Virus record (IMG/VR): IMGVR_UViG_3300030450_002344
Location: 1 to 60,796 of that record
DNA: 60,796 nucleotides
From: a virus
Lineage: Duplodnaviria; Caudoviricetes
Reading direction: 5' to 3' (one strand)
Shown here in pieces: positions 46,403-56,051 of the stretch. The notes below the pieces were generated by a model. It did no database searches and was not told the origin of the DNA. It saw only the letters and a program-made list of their open reading frames with translations. Each line of letters starts with the position of its first letter. Position 1 is the stretch's first letter. The position numbers and the translations under genes are program-made.

Positions 46403-48363
46403 TAAACGCCCATCCCCGGTGGTAAGTTTCCTAAAGGATTTTCTTCAGGTACTGGTAATGGTGTCGCATTATCTGCCATACCCTGATCGGCCCCTATTTG
46501 GGCTAATAATCCTTCCATTTGCATTTGGTCTGGTGGAGGTCCCATTGGAGCTGGAGCCTCTGGTGTACCTTGTTGGCTCATTTGACCCCGCATAGCAAGA
46601 TCCTCTGGAGTCATCGGAGCTGCTGGTGGTTCTTCACCTTGTTCAGCAAGTGCTGAGAGTTCCTCTTGTACCATTTGCTGTACTGTCGAACGCTGTGCAA
46701 TTGTCTGTAATTGTGTATCAATAAGTTGTTGCATAACCATTGGGTTATCCTCAGCCCGTGTCGAAAGAATCTCATCACGCCATGTTTCAGGATCTTGAGC
46801 ATGTAGCAGTCGTTTCATAACAACCTTAGCTGGCATAAGCTCTGAGTTCTTAAGTGTAGCCGCAGCTGCAACATTTCGCAGTTCTTCGAGAGGGAACCGT
46901 GCTCGGAGATGTACTTTTGTATTACGCATCCCCTTTGTATCTTTGCCCTTTATATTAAAGGCAAACGATTCTACATTGTCTTCTGAATCCATACGACCCA
47001 TAACTTCAATAGGAGTCTCCCATGAGTATCGTTGTGTTAGACCGACTATTTTAGCATTGACATCTTCAAGGGCCATTTGGACATTCTCTACAGGTTTGAA
47101 TACTTTAATAAGCGAAGCCTGTTGCTGCGCAATAGTATCAATTCCACTTGAACCTGCTTGTGGTAGTGAAAATCCTTCCTCGTCTATCTGCACACGGAAG
47201 AATTGTGTAAGTTGGTCTAGATCAGGCAGTGTTCCCCTAAATTGTAGGTAGTACACATCCTCGCCTTCGAGAATCTCGATTGTACCTGATCCCGGTTCGA
47301 TGTCTACCGGCTCGTCATTAACGCGCCTAATAACCATTGTGGGATCTGCATACAAGTCTGCGATACGCATGTGCCTATTGAGTAACCACTCCATTTCGGC
47401 TACGCTATCGACAAGAGCATAGTTTACAGATAAACCCATATTCCCACCTACTTTTGAGGTGGTCTTTGCACAATGGAATATTGTGAAGGGTAGACAATCA
47501 TAGAATTTCATCACTGAAGGACGCATTACAAACTGACTATGTGCTGTAACAGCGTGGATAATCTGGTCACCTTCCCATGCCCAGTAATCAACTACTTCAA
47601 CTTCCTTTTCTGGGTGCAGTGGTGTTGTCCAATCTAAATCTTCGTCTTCACGGTCAGCATCATTGTAGTTTAGTTGAACATCCCACTGCTCTTCAACTTC
47701 ATATACTTTCATCCAAGTACGATGTACAATAGCTTTCCACTGCTCATGTGTTCCTCCTGCAATGGGGAACACCTCACTAGGGTCAATATTCTTTATTTCA
47801 ATTGGAAAGTGATACATAGGTTTATCACCTTGGAAATCATCATCATCATCTTCGTAAGTATTACGCGACCATGTAGTTCTTAAAATACCCCAACCATACA
47901 ATAGCTGATTAAAAATAGCATCATGTACAGGATTAGCACCCCATTTACGGGTGTTTAGTTGGTAAACACTATGAAGTAACCTTACTACTTTATCCGCACG
48001 AGATGAACCAGAAAGTACTTCTATTACAGGTTCTTCACCAGTCATCATAGTATGTGCTCGTTGTACAGACGAAAAAGGTATATTAAGTGTGACTAGGTGC
48101 TCATTCTCAATGTTTGTTGTATTATCAATCTGTTCAGAAATAGGTACATCAGCTGTCTTTGGTACAGAACGGTCATAATGGTCACGGTAGTACCAACGCT
48201 CTTGCCGCTGGAATTCTTGGTCGCGTTCAAAATAGAAACTCAGACCAAACTTCAGGTCTGACATCATGCGATCTAGAAATTTATCATCACGTTCCTCATT
48301 GGCCTCAATTTCGGCTTCACCTTCACCGACATCGACTCCCTTAGCGTACAGTATTTCTCTCAT
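46402..48363 (-). CDS. Portal protein
   Basis: Follows TerL; 653 aa; GWGILR, IDP..VFP, LPF patterns; Q/P/M-rich tail. Confidence 0.85.
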   Translation of the reverse strand: MREILYAKGVDVGEGEAEIEANEERDDKFLDRMMSDLKFGLSFYFERDQEFQRQERWYYRDHYDRSVPKTADVPISEQIDNTTNIENEHLVTLNIPFSSVQRAHTMMTGEEPVIEVLSGSSRADKVVRLLHSVYQLNTRKWGANPVHDAIFNQLLYGWGILRTTWSRNTYEDDDDDFQGDKPMYHFPIEIKNIDPSEVFPIAGGTHEQWKAIVHRTWMKVYEVEEQWDVQLNYNDADREDEDLDWTTPLHPEKEVEVVDYWAWEGDQIIHAVTAHSQFVMRPSVMKFYDCLPFTIFHCAKTTSKVGGNMGLSVNYALVDSVAEMEWLLNRHMRIADLYADPTMVIRRVNDEPVDIEPGSGTIEILEGEDVYYLQFRGTLPDLDQLTQFFRVQIDEEGFSLPQAGSSGIDTIAQQQASLIKVFKPVENVQMALEDVNAKIVGLTQRYSWETPIEVMGRMDSEDNVESFAFNIKGKDTKGMRNTKVHLRARFPLEELRNVAAAATLKNSELMPAKVVMKRLLHAQDPETWRDEILSTRAEDNPMVMQQLIDTQLQTIAQRSTVQQMVQEELSALAEQGEEPPAAPMTPEDLAMRGQMSQQGTPEAPAPMGPPPDQMQMEGLLAQIGADQGMADNATPLPVPEENPLGNLPPGMGV

Positions 48364-49952
48364 TATCTATGCCTCGTGCCAAAGTGCTTTTTCATAATTT
48401 GTTTTCGTCGTGGTCGTCCTCGGCTAGTAATTGCAACTATATCTTTAGCCATAAGTGCCACTCCCATACTGCTTACTCTATCATCGTGACCTGAACCTTC
48501 TGCACCTGTTCGTTGTCCAGTTCTTACATATGATTGAGCCTCGTACACAAATTCCATGTCTCTTGCTTTTAAGCTACGTTGAGCGATTTCAGTTTGTAAC
48601 CGACTCTCCATAATTGCTTTTGTCTTGGAATTTGTAGGCCACCCCTCTTTATTATCTCCATCGCCTGTCTTACGGTCTTTCTTATAGATAAAGATATTCT
48701 CGTAATTAAAGACATTCTTCAATGCAGATAGCACTGCATAGCCGTGGTTATTTCTTTCCACAGCTAGCAATGCACGATTAAAACTTCTACCTAACGCCGC
48801 AAGAAGTCCTGCGAAAGTATCCGGGTCATAACGTCCTGCAATACTCGCATACTGTTCCCCAGTTGCGGCATCAATCACTTGTGCCACTGAAAAATCTCCG
48901 TTAGGTTCACCACCTGCAGGATCCGCCCCAACTATAAAACCTTGACCTACTCTTGGTAATGACCAGATTTTTAACTCCGGCCAATCACGCTGCAAATCGT
49001 GTAAGTATCCATTTCTACTGAAAACTTCACCTACAGTTAAGGGTTCTCTACAATGTGTCTCTGCTATATATTGTAACCCATCTAAGTCAAAAATGCAACC
49101 CCCTGTAGTAATAAAAGATTCTAAAGGGCTGGAAGGGTACTCTTGTTGGAAAAGCTTCTCATCTGTATAACTAGATTTCTTTTCTTCATACCAGTCATCG
49201 TCTCTTCCCGGTCTTAAGTGATATGGGAGGAACACGCCTTTAAACCCATTTTCATTTGCTTCTGCACCCTTCCACATTTTATAGTAGAAATTCCCTAACC
49301 CATTTGCAGTGCTAACCCCGATGAACTGACCGCCCGCATCAATCGTTGGTGATAGAGCAGCCCAGTTTTTTTCAGCATGTGGATGGAACGCCCACTCATC
49401 TGCAATAACGACAGATGCAGTTTCTGAACGTCCTGCGTCTTCAGTAGCGGGAAGTGCAAATACGACAGAGTGATGTGTCACGTTCCCCTTCTTATTACGC
49501 TGTTCGATTTCAAATTCTTTTTTGTTATCGTTGATTAGCGGTCGCCATTTGCGTATCCACTGGGGTAATCGTGAGTATTGGAACTTTACTTTTAACAGGA
49601 GTTTCTGAGCTTCATCTTCTCGTTTGGAAAGCATAAGCACGTTTGCGTTATTATAGAACAAAGCTTTATGTAGTGCGTAGGATGAGGCACACCAAGATAC
49701 TCCTAGTTGCCTTCCCTTTAATACAATTATCCTATCGTGATTTTGGAAGTCACGTAGTAGTTCTTTCTGAAAGTCCCAAAGTTTAAACGGAAATGTTTCA
49801 AAAGTTTGCGGGTCGTTGATTTCACAGTAAGTTTCAAGAAAATAAGCTATATCTTCTTTACACTTCAGAATCTCCTCCAGCTGCTCCTTCTGATTCAGCT
49901 CTTCGTTCTTCAAGTCTTTCGAGGATGTCATCGAGGTCGTCTGTGCTACCAC
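48363..49952 (-). CDS. terL: Terminase large subunit
   Basis: LKGRQLGVS, VIADEWAF, STANG, VGADPAGG, HDDRV; exact start uncertain. Confidence 0.95.
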   Translation of the reverse strand: MVAQTTSMTSSKDLKNEELNQKEQLEEILKCKEDIAYFLETYCEINDPQTFETFPFKLWDFQKELLRDFQNHDRIIVLKGRQLGVSWCASSYALHKALFYNNANVLMLSKREDEAQKLLLKVKFQYSRLPQWIRKWRPLINDNKKEFEIEQRNKKGNVTHHSVVFALPATEDAGRSETASVVIADEWAFHPHAEKNWAALSPTIDAGGQFIGVSTANGLGNFYYKMWKGAEANENGFKGVFLPYHLRPGRDDDWYEEKKSSYTDEKLFQQEYPSSPLESFITTGGCIFDLDGLQYIAETHCREPLTVGEVFSRNGYLHDLQRDWPELKIWSLPRVGQGFIVGADPAGGEPNGDFSVAQVIDAATGEQYASIAGRYDPDTFAGLLAALGRSFNRALLAVERNNHGYAVLSALKNVFNYENIFIYKKDRKTGDGDNKEGWPTNSKTKAIMESRLQTEIAQRSLKARDMEFVYEAQSYVRTGQRTGAEGSGHDDRVSSMGVALMAKDIVAITSRGRPRRKQIMKKHFGTRHR

Positions 49953-50406
49953 TCTTATGTGTAACCTCCACTTTGCTCTTTGTTATCCCGCCAAGATCAA
50001 TTAGCCTGTCAATTGCGTACTGTACCACACGAACATTCTGATGGTCAAGCATTAATAGTAATTTGTGTATTGCTTTTGCAAGTCCAAACGCTGTAACTTC
50101 TGCAGCCATAATTACTGGTTGCGTAGTAACCTTCTCGTATACGATACGAAAGTTTTCATTATTTTGTTTCCAAGAATATGCTGTAGTAGGTGAAATATTA
50201 CAAGCTTCTGCAGCTTGCTTATCTGATAGTCCGTATAATTTACCGACCAAGAAATTCTCTTGATTATCATTAAGTGTTTCAATCAGACCACCTGCACCAA
50301 TAAGTGGGTTAGGTGTTACTGATTGCTCTACGTCCATTTCAGAATGGTCAAGGTCATAGTCCCCATCCATCATCTGAGTTAACGCTGTAAGCGGATTTGC
50401 TGGCAT
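49858..50406 (-). CDS. terS: Terminase small subunit
   Basis: HTH-like QAAEACNISPTTAYSW; directly upstream of TerL. Confidence 0.75.
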   Translation of the reverse strand: MPANPLTALTQMMDGDYDLDHSEMDVEQSVTPNPLIGAGGLIETLNDNQENFLVGKLYGLSDKQAAEACNISPTTAYSWKQNNENFRIVYEKVTTQPVIMAAEVTAFGLAKAIHKLLLMLDHQNVRVVQYAIDRLIDLGGITKSKVEVTHKSGSTDDLDDILERLEERRAESEGAAGGDSEV

Positions 50407-50472
50407 TTTTACTCCATTTGCATGTTTGTGCCATGTATGCTATACTTTTTATAATAACATAAGATTGGAGAA

Positions 50473-50715
50473 ATGTCAATGCCTAATTACAATGATATGG
50501 TACACAAGCGTGTTCATATACACAAATCTACTTCTATGCTCTTAAGTACTATGTCAGAACTTATGGGAGAATCATATAGAGATACATTTGAAGCAGCTTT
50601 ATTGTATGGACTTGCATACATGAATGAATACAACAATATGCATATGACTCAGTGGCTAGATGAAGTTAAGTTACCTAAAATAGAAGATGTTGACAAATTC
50701 ATAAAAGTCAGTTAA
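50473..50715 (+). CDS. Ribbon-helix-helix-like small protein
   Basis: KRVHIHKSTSMLLSTMSELMG; divergent from terS; TTGCAT-17-TATACT upstream. Confidence 0.5.
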   Translation: MSMPNYNDMVHKRVHIHKSTSMLLSTMSELMGESYRDTFEAALLYGLAYMNEYNNMHMTQWLDEVKLPKIEDVDKFIKVS

Positions 50716-50725
50716 ACTAAAACTA

Positions 50726-51448
50726 ATGTCAAAGTTAACACCACGAGAATTATACCGTGTTCTTATTAAAGCTGGTTGGGGCAAAGATGCTGAAAAAGCA
50801 TTTAAAGTATCCTATTTAGAAAGCACACTAGAGGCTGATGCTATAAATGATGCGGATCCCCTCCCTGATGGAACTCCCGGTAAAGCATATGGTCTTTTTC
50901 AAATACACTCTCAACACATCAAAAATCTGGAAAAAGAGTTTGGTGATGACTGGAAAGAAGAAATATTAGACCCTGTAAAAAATGCAGAATTTGCTCTTAA
51001 GTACCCCTTTGCTGAAGTTGGTTGGGATGCTTGGTATAATGCTACTCTATTAATAGATAATGATGACACAACAGATGAAAACTACGCAGCTAGTGTAACT
51101 GCATGGGAAACTGCCCGTAAAGATGCTAGAGATGATGTAGATATTCAAAACGAAGCTAATTTTATGCTAGAAGGTTATGGTAATGGAGACGGTTCTTTTT
51201 CTTTTGCAAAAGGAACTCAAGAGCCTCCTGAAATGTTGCCTGACGATTCTATGGAATGGGAAGTAAGTCCTACTCCAATTGAAAGTCCTGTTGGACCTCC
51301 TTCAATGCCTACAGAAGAACCCGTTACAGCTTATACAAACCCCGATGTTCCCCTACCTCAATTTGTACGGGATCAAACAGCAGAACAAACAGACCCTAGA
51401 CAATCGCCAGAATTTCAACCCAACTTTATGCAGAATATGGTACGATAG
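50726..51448 (+). CDS. Lytic transglycosylase (SLT-like) with acidic/Pro-rich tail
   Basis: LES catalytic Glu, YGLFQI, DPVKN, GWDAW. Confidence 0.8.
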   Translation: MSKLTPRELYRVLIKAGWGKDAEKAFKVSYLESTLEADAINDADPLPDGTPGKAYGLFQIHSQHIKNLEKEFGDDWKEEILDPVKNAEFALKYPFAEVGWDAWYNATLLIDNDDTTDENYAASVTAWETARKDARDDVDIQNEANFMLEGYGNGDGSFSFAKGTQEPPEMLPDDSMEWEVSPTPIESPVGPPSMPTEEPVTAYTNPDVPLPQFVRDQTAEQTDPRQSPEFQPNFMQNMVR

Positions 51449-51738
51449 TGTTTATGAAGAAAAACGTCTGTCCAGTATGTGAAGGCCATCTCGTATTCGA
51501 GCCCGGACATATGAGCTACAATAACCAAGGTATGTTTTTAATTCATGCGGAGAATCGCATTGTTTGTCTTATGTGCGCTCGATACCGTTACTTAGATGAA
51601 TACAAGGGCTGTCAAGCGGTGATGGGCCGAACCTCTGCTCTCCCACACTACGTGCTAGAATATGCCCCAGAAGGTGCTAAAGAACAAACCGCTGCTGCCG
51701 AGCGCAGAGCACAATATCTATTGACAAAATCCCCCTAA
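51448..51738 (+). CDS. Zn-ribbon protein
   Basis: CPVC...CLMC. Confidence 0.6.
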   Translation: MFMKKNVCPVCEGHLVFEPGHMSYNNQGMFLIHAENRIVCLMCARYRYLDEYKGCQAVMGRTSALPHYVLEYAPEGAKEQTAAAERRAQYLLTKSP

Positions 51739-51749
51739 TTTGTTATAAT
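51721..51749 (+). promoter_or_regulatory. Consensus sigma70 promoter
   Basis: TTGACA-17 nt-TATAAT with TG. Confidence 0.85.
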
Positions 51750-51789
51750 GAAAATGACAAGATACCGGCAATAATCGGAGGATATATTT

Positions 51790-51987
51790 ATGTCTGAAAC
51801 TTCAGAACAGCGCAAAGCACAAGATAGATACATTACAGACCTACGTGCTAAACACATGGCTGAACAACGTAATAAAATCGATGGTATGAGAAGTGGAGCA
51901 ACTGATAAAATTGCTCAGATGGCAGCAGACTCTTTTGACCGTGTTATCAATGCCAAAGTAGCGAAAGGCAAGAAAAAAGGCAAGTAA
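51790..51987 (+). CDS. Small basic protein
   Basis: GGAGG SD. Confidence 0.7.
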   Translation: MSETSEQRKAQDRYITDLRAKHMAEQRNKIDGMRSGATDKIAQMAADSFDRVINAKVAKGKKKGK

Positions 51988-51992
51988 GTGTA

Positions 51993-52403
51993 ATGGACTT
52001 CAGCAATATAAAAGTATCTATTGGTATTGTCGTTGCAATAATCGCCCAAGCCTTTGGAATAATCTGGTATGTTGCACAGCTCGATTCAACAGTTGGAAAC
52101 CTTAGCACGACTGTTGATACTATTCAAGAAGAAAAAACCACTGTTGATGTTGCAGTGTTACAAAACGACATCGAAGCACTCAAGGAAAAGATTGCCATGG
52201 CTGAAGAGTTTGACGCATCTGATCTTGAGGAAGCCGTTGAAGAACTTGAAGATAAGGTAGCTGACTTAGAGACTAAAGATGCTATTATCGAGAATGAAAT
52301 GAGAACTATAATGTCTGACCACATGGGCTTTAATAAAGTGCTAGAAGACATGGGGAAATCTGGTTATTCAGATAATAGACAGTATGGCAATTATAATGAC
52401 TAA
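51993..52403 (+). CDS. Membrane-anchored coiled-coil protein
   Basis: N-terminal TM followed by heptads. Confidence 0.7.
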   Translation: MDFSNIKVSIGIVVAIIAQAFGIIWYVAQLDSTVGNLSTTVDTIQEEKTTVDVAVLQNDIEALKEKIAMAEEFDASDLEEAVEELEDKVADLETKDAIIENEMRTIMSDHMGFNKVLEDMGKSGYSDNRQYGNYND

Positions 52404-52416
52404 GGGGGAACTATGA

Positions 52417-53379
52417 ATGAAGTTTTTGAAAAGGTTGTTTACAATACCTAATATCCGGTTACCGGCGATTAAGTTTAAATCAAGAGATTGGCAAACACCA
52501 AAAGTAGACGTAGGTATGCCCAACGTCATGAATGTAGGAAAGGTGCCGGACATTAAAGTTCCAAGTTTAAAAGGTACTAGAATTGTAGGTGGTGTATGGA
52601 AAGTAGGTACATTTGGTGTCGTCATTGGTATCCTTGTCACAGGGTTCGCAATTGGCACCGCGATCAAGGGACTGAACGCAGCTCCGATATGGCCTGAACC
52701 TGCTAGTTATAACGCAGCAGCTGTTGAACCAGACCGAACCCTGCAAGTAGGTGATGAGTGGGTGTTTGCTGATAACACACCCGCTGACGAACGAGAGCTA
52801 CAAACTCACACGCTACAGCTAAACGTATCGGGTGCACGAGCCGCAGACATTACTATCTCTGGTCTAGAGATTGGTAAGGCTTCTGGGCTAACAGATGCAA
52901 TTCAGATAATAGGTACTGCTGATCATGTGCTTGCATGTGATACTGTTATCATTGACAATGTGGAAGCAACTACTTTTAACCTAGCTGCCACAAAGATATA
53001 TCAACTGAATATTACAAACGTAGCCGCTGATGGTCTTTCCATTGGGCCTACACTATCCAGCACTCCAAAAGACATCACAGTAACTTCTACTCGTGGTGCT
53101 GTTAAAATTCCGGGAGTCACTAATGGTTCCTTCGATAAGATTGTCATTAATACCGCGACTGCAGACAGCTTTTGCCGTACACTTACACTTAGTAACATAT
53201 CCGCCTTTGGTGGAGGGATTAACCTCGACAATATGGAGATTGGTACTTTAACAATTCAAAATAGTAAAATTGGTAATGGAACAGGCATTGATGCTCCAAG
53301 TTTCATAATTGATGCAACTACATTGATCCAATCAATGTCAGCAAGTAATAACTATGAGGCACCAATCACAGTCCAATAG
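52417..53379 (+). CDS. Membrane-anchored beta-helix-like protein
   Basis: TM around residues 60-82; repetitive I/T/N/G beta strands. Confidence 0.7.
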   Translation: MKFLKRLFTIPNIRLPAIKFKSRDWQTPKVDVGMPNVMNVGKVPDIKVPSLKGTRIVGGVWKVGTFGVVIGILVTGFAIGTAIKGLNAAPIWPEPASYNAAAVEPDRTLQVGDEWVFADNTPADERELQTHTLQLNVSGARAADITISGLEIGKASGLTDAIQIIGTADHVLACDTVIIDNVEATTFNLAATKIYQLNITNVAADGLSIGPTLSSTPKDITVTSTRGAVKIPGVTNGSFDKIVINTATADSFCRTLTLSNISAFGGGINLDNMEIGTLTIQNSKIGNGTGIDAPSFIIDATTLIQSMSASNNYEAPITVQ

Positions 53380-53977
53380 GAGGATAAAATGGTTTCTTGC
53401 AATTGCGGCTGCTATGAGCCTGTTCGCACTGCTTCCGAGCGTCGTAGAATCGCCCTTAGCGGTCTTTCAACAAACGTACCCCAACCCGACTCCAGTATTA
53501 GTCAAGACGGTGGAGACGCATGGTTTGGAAACTACTCCTGTTGCTCAGAGGGCGGTGAAATCTGTACATGTGGAATTGACACCACAGCAATATGTCGTTG
53601 TTCTGGATAGGTGGGATTTTGCTATACACCTAGCAGAGACGAGTTGGAGACCGTACCTTGGCTGGTACGGCATGAGTAAGCATAAGGATGAAACAAGTGA
53701 GTTGTGGAGGTTCATTAGCTGTTTACATGATAGTGACCCTACAACTCCTTTAACTGTAAAGGCGGATACAGGAGATATCGTAGGCATTTTCCAAATAAAT
53801 ATAAATGAATATTTTTGGATGATAGATTGGTACAATCCATATGAGATTGAGGACAATATGCAATTAGGTTATTTGATTTGGCAACTCGACGGATGGGATG
53901 CATGGCCTAAAGAGTGTGCTCAAATGATAGAGGGAACTGACAGCAGCGTTCCAATCGAGTGGTTTAAAAATGACTGA
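53354..53977 (+). CDS. Membrane-anchored SLT-like protein lacking the catalytic Glu
   Basis: GIFQIN, N...GY.IW..DGWDAW; ISCLHDS in place of CES. Confidence 0.6.
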   Translation: MRHQSQSNRRIKWFLAIAAAMSLFALLPSVVESPLAVFQQTYPNPTPVLVKTVETHGLETTPVAQRAVKSVHVELTPQQYVVVLDRWDFAIHLAETSWRPYLGWYGMSKHKDETSELWRFISCLHDSDPTTPLTVKADTGDIVGIFQININEYFWMIDWYNPYEIEDNMQLGYLIWQLDGWDAWPKECAQMIEGTDSSVPIEWFKND

Positions 53978-54269
53978 AGAACAAGAAGTAAAAGAGGTTG
54001 TAGTTACACAGGAGCCGCCGCGTTCTGAGGGTACTACAATTACGGGTATTCAGCTCTTAACTGGTATTATCTTCGTTCCCGTTGTAATGGTCTGGCTTGC
54101 CCTCGGTGCAAGAATCATTTGGTCAGCTACTGAAAATCCAGAAACATTGAATTCTATTGAAGGGCTTCTCACAGCTTTGGCCGTGCTTTCGCTACCTGTG
54201 TCAGCAGGACTAAGTAAGCTCTTTGAAGCATTTGGTAACGAGGTAAGTAGCAAACAAAATGAAAAATGA
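53970..54269 (+). CDS. Two-TM membrane protein
   Basis: Two hydrophobic helices. Confidence 0.7.
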   Translation: MTEEQEVKEVVVTQEPPRSEGTTITGIQLLTGIIFVPVVMVWLALGARIIWSATENPETLNSIEGLLTALAVLSLPVSAGLSKLFEAFGNEVSSKQNEK

Positions 54270-54507
54270 GATAGCTTTAATTGGTGCTTTTATTCCTATT
54301 ATCGCAATGGTAGCTTTAGCTATTTACCACATTAGCACAATACATGATACACTACAGACATATGAAGCAGCTCTTCAGTATAAAGATGCACAAATTGTAG
54401 AAATACATGATCATATAGTATATCTAGAAGAGGCTTTAGTAAACGTAGTGATAACCAGTGAAACAAATGAATACAGGTTAGATTTGATGGAGGAGATTTT
54501 CGACTAA
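54259..54507 (+). CDS. Membrane-anchored coiled-coil protein
   Basis: N-terminal TM. Confidence 0.65.
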   Translation: MKNEIALIGAFIPIIAMVALAIYHISTIHDTLQTYEAALQYKDAQIVEIHDHIVYLEEALVNVVITSETNEYRLDLMEEIFD

Positions 54508-54929
54508 TGGAAAAGATAGAAGAGAACGGTGAAGTACTATTTGAGTATGATGCAACAGGACGTGTTGTAGATGCTGAGGTAGACGAAGACGGTTGGGAGC
54601 AAATGGTATTTCCAGAGTGGCAGATGCGCTTTGACCCCGCCCTTGGATACGGTGTCACACGCATTAAAGACCGGGAGAGTTACGACAGTTGGAAAGCTGC
54701 CCGACCTACTTGGGATGTATATGATAATGACGAACGTGTCCGACTAGGATTAGAACCCTTTAAAACTGTAGAAGAGCACGAAGCAGAAATGGCCGAACGA
54801 TACGAAGCCGCTACTGCCGCTGGCGCTGCAGCTTGGGAAGCCTTCCTAGCAACCAAAGGTTTGAAAAACGACGGCAGTCCTGAAATGGCACAAGCTTGGA
54901 TGGAATATGCCCGAATAATGCAAAACTAG
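54507..54929 (+). CDS. Acidic hypothetical protein
   Basis: GGAGGAG SD, TAATG coupling. Confidence 0.7.
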   Translation: MEKIEENGEVLFEYDATGRVVDAEVDEDGWEQMVFPEWQMRFDPALGYGVTRIKDRESYDSWKAARPTWDVYDNDERVRLGLEPFKTVEEHEAEMAERYEAATAAGAAAWEAFLATKGLKNDGSPEMAQAWMEYARIMQN

Positions 54930-54935
54930 GAGCGA

Positions 54936-55011
54936 CGCGGGGTGGAGCAGTGGTAGCTCGTCAGGTTCATTGTCTGAAGGTCGTCAGGTTCGATTCCGGC
55001 CCCCGCTACCA
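54936..55011 (+). tRNA. tRNA-fMet (CAT), atypical anticodon loop and T-stem
   Basis: CGCGGGG/CCCCGCT acceptor with unpaired C1, GAGC/GCTC D-stem, TTCGATT T-loop, encoded CCA. Confidence 0.88.
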
Positions 55012-55016
55012 AACTA

Positions 55017-55193
55017 ATGAAATTACTTAAAGATTATTTTCCGATACCGCTTATCCTCTTTGGGGGCATCATGGCTGATGTGTCCAGACACCTCTTTGAG
55101 GGTGTTATGACCATTCACATAATCTCGTGGACTTCCGTTGTTGTGGGAGTTATTGGGCTTGCACGAATTGTATGGCAGGTGGTACGAAAATGA
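55017..55193 (+). CDS. Small two-TM protein, 58 aa (not in ORF track)
   Basis: MKLLKDYFPIPLILFGG...; ATGA overlap with the kinase gene. Confidence 0.6.
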   Translation: MKLLKDYFPIPLILFGGIMADVSRHLFEGVMTIHIISWTSVVVGVIGLARIVWQVVRK

Positions 55194-55714
55194 GGATAGC
55201 ATTCTTTGGTTCTCCCGGCTGCGGTAAGTCAACATTGTCACGCCAGATGGCTGCACTGTATAGGGGAACTATGCTATCATTTGCAGCACCACTGAGAAAG
55301 TGCGTCAGTCAGACTTTCGACATTCCGATGGAAGACTTGACCACAGTGCCGGAAAAATACAAGTGGCGGCAATTGTTGCAGTTTTGTGGCAACAGGATGC
55401 GAGATGTAGATGCGAACTATTGGGTCGACATTATGGCCCGCACTATTGATAGCCACCCTCCAAGTACTCATATGTTTCTCGACGATGTTCGTTATCCTAA
55501 TGAGTATGATCTATTGCGGAAGCGTGGTTTTGAGATGGTCCACGTCGGTTCCAATCCCAGTGTCACATCCAACGCGATCACAGCCGACGAAAGAAGAGAT
55601 AGTAGCGAACAGCATTGGCGAGACTTCACAGAAGATTATTACGTTCCGTGGCGGCACGATAAAGCTATGAGATTACACAAATTGTGTGATATAAGAGAGA
55701 AGGTTTATGTATAA
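55190..55714 (+). CDS. Deoxynucleoside monophosphate kinase
   Basis: GSPGCGKST, SFAAPLR, RQLLQ..G..MR, DDVRYPNE. Confidence 0.88.
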   Translation: MRIAFFGSPGCGKSTLSRQMAALYRGTMLSFAAPLRKCVSQTFDIPMEDLTTVPEKYKWRQLLQFCGNRMRDVDANYWVDIMARTIDSHPPSTHMFLDDVRYPNEYDLLRKRGFEMVHVGSNPSVTSNAITADERRDSSEQHWRDFTEDYYVPWRHDKAMRLHKLCDIREKVYV

Positions 55715-56051
55715 TTATAGAGTTTATTTAGAGCGCGTCATTGACGGTGACACTTGCGACGTAACCATTGACTTGGGCTTCGACGTACAGATGAAACACC
55801 AGCGCATTCGATTTTTCGGCCTTAATACACCGGAGAGTCGCACAAGGGACCTCGAAGAAAAGGCTCGTGGGCTTGAAGCAAAAGAGTACACAAAGAAGAT
55901 GCTGGAAGAAGCCGAAGAGATAATACTTATTTCACACGAACGCGGCAAGTACGGCAGAATCTTGGGGGAACTCATTTGTGATGGAGTCAACCTAAACGAC
56001 AGCCTGATAGCCGACGGCCACGCCGTTCCCTACTTCGGAGGTAAGAGATGA
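55707..56051 (+). CDS. Thermonuclease (SNase-like)
   Basis: VIDGDT, RIR..G.NTPESR, GKYGRILG. Confidence 0.88.
   Translation: MYNYRVYLERVIDGDTCDVTIDLGFDVQMKHQRIRFFGLNTPESRTRDLEEKARGLEAKEYTKKMLEEAEEIILISHERGKYGRILGELICDGVNLNDSLIADGHAVPYFGGKR

Noticed and set aside
31993-48344. Many + strand ORFs opposite the structural genes
   Set aside because: Antisense shadows of long minus-strand genes; Ser/Leu-rich with no SD
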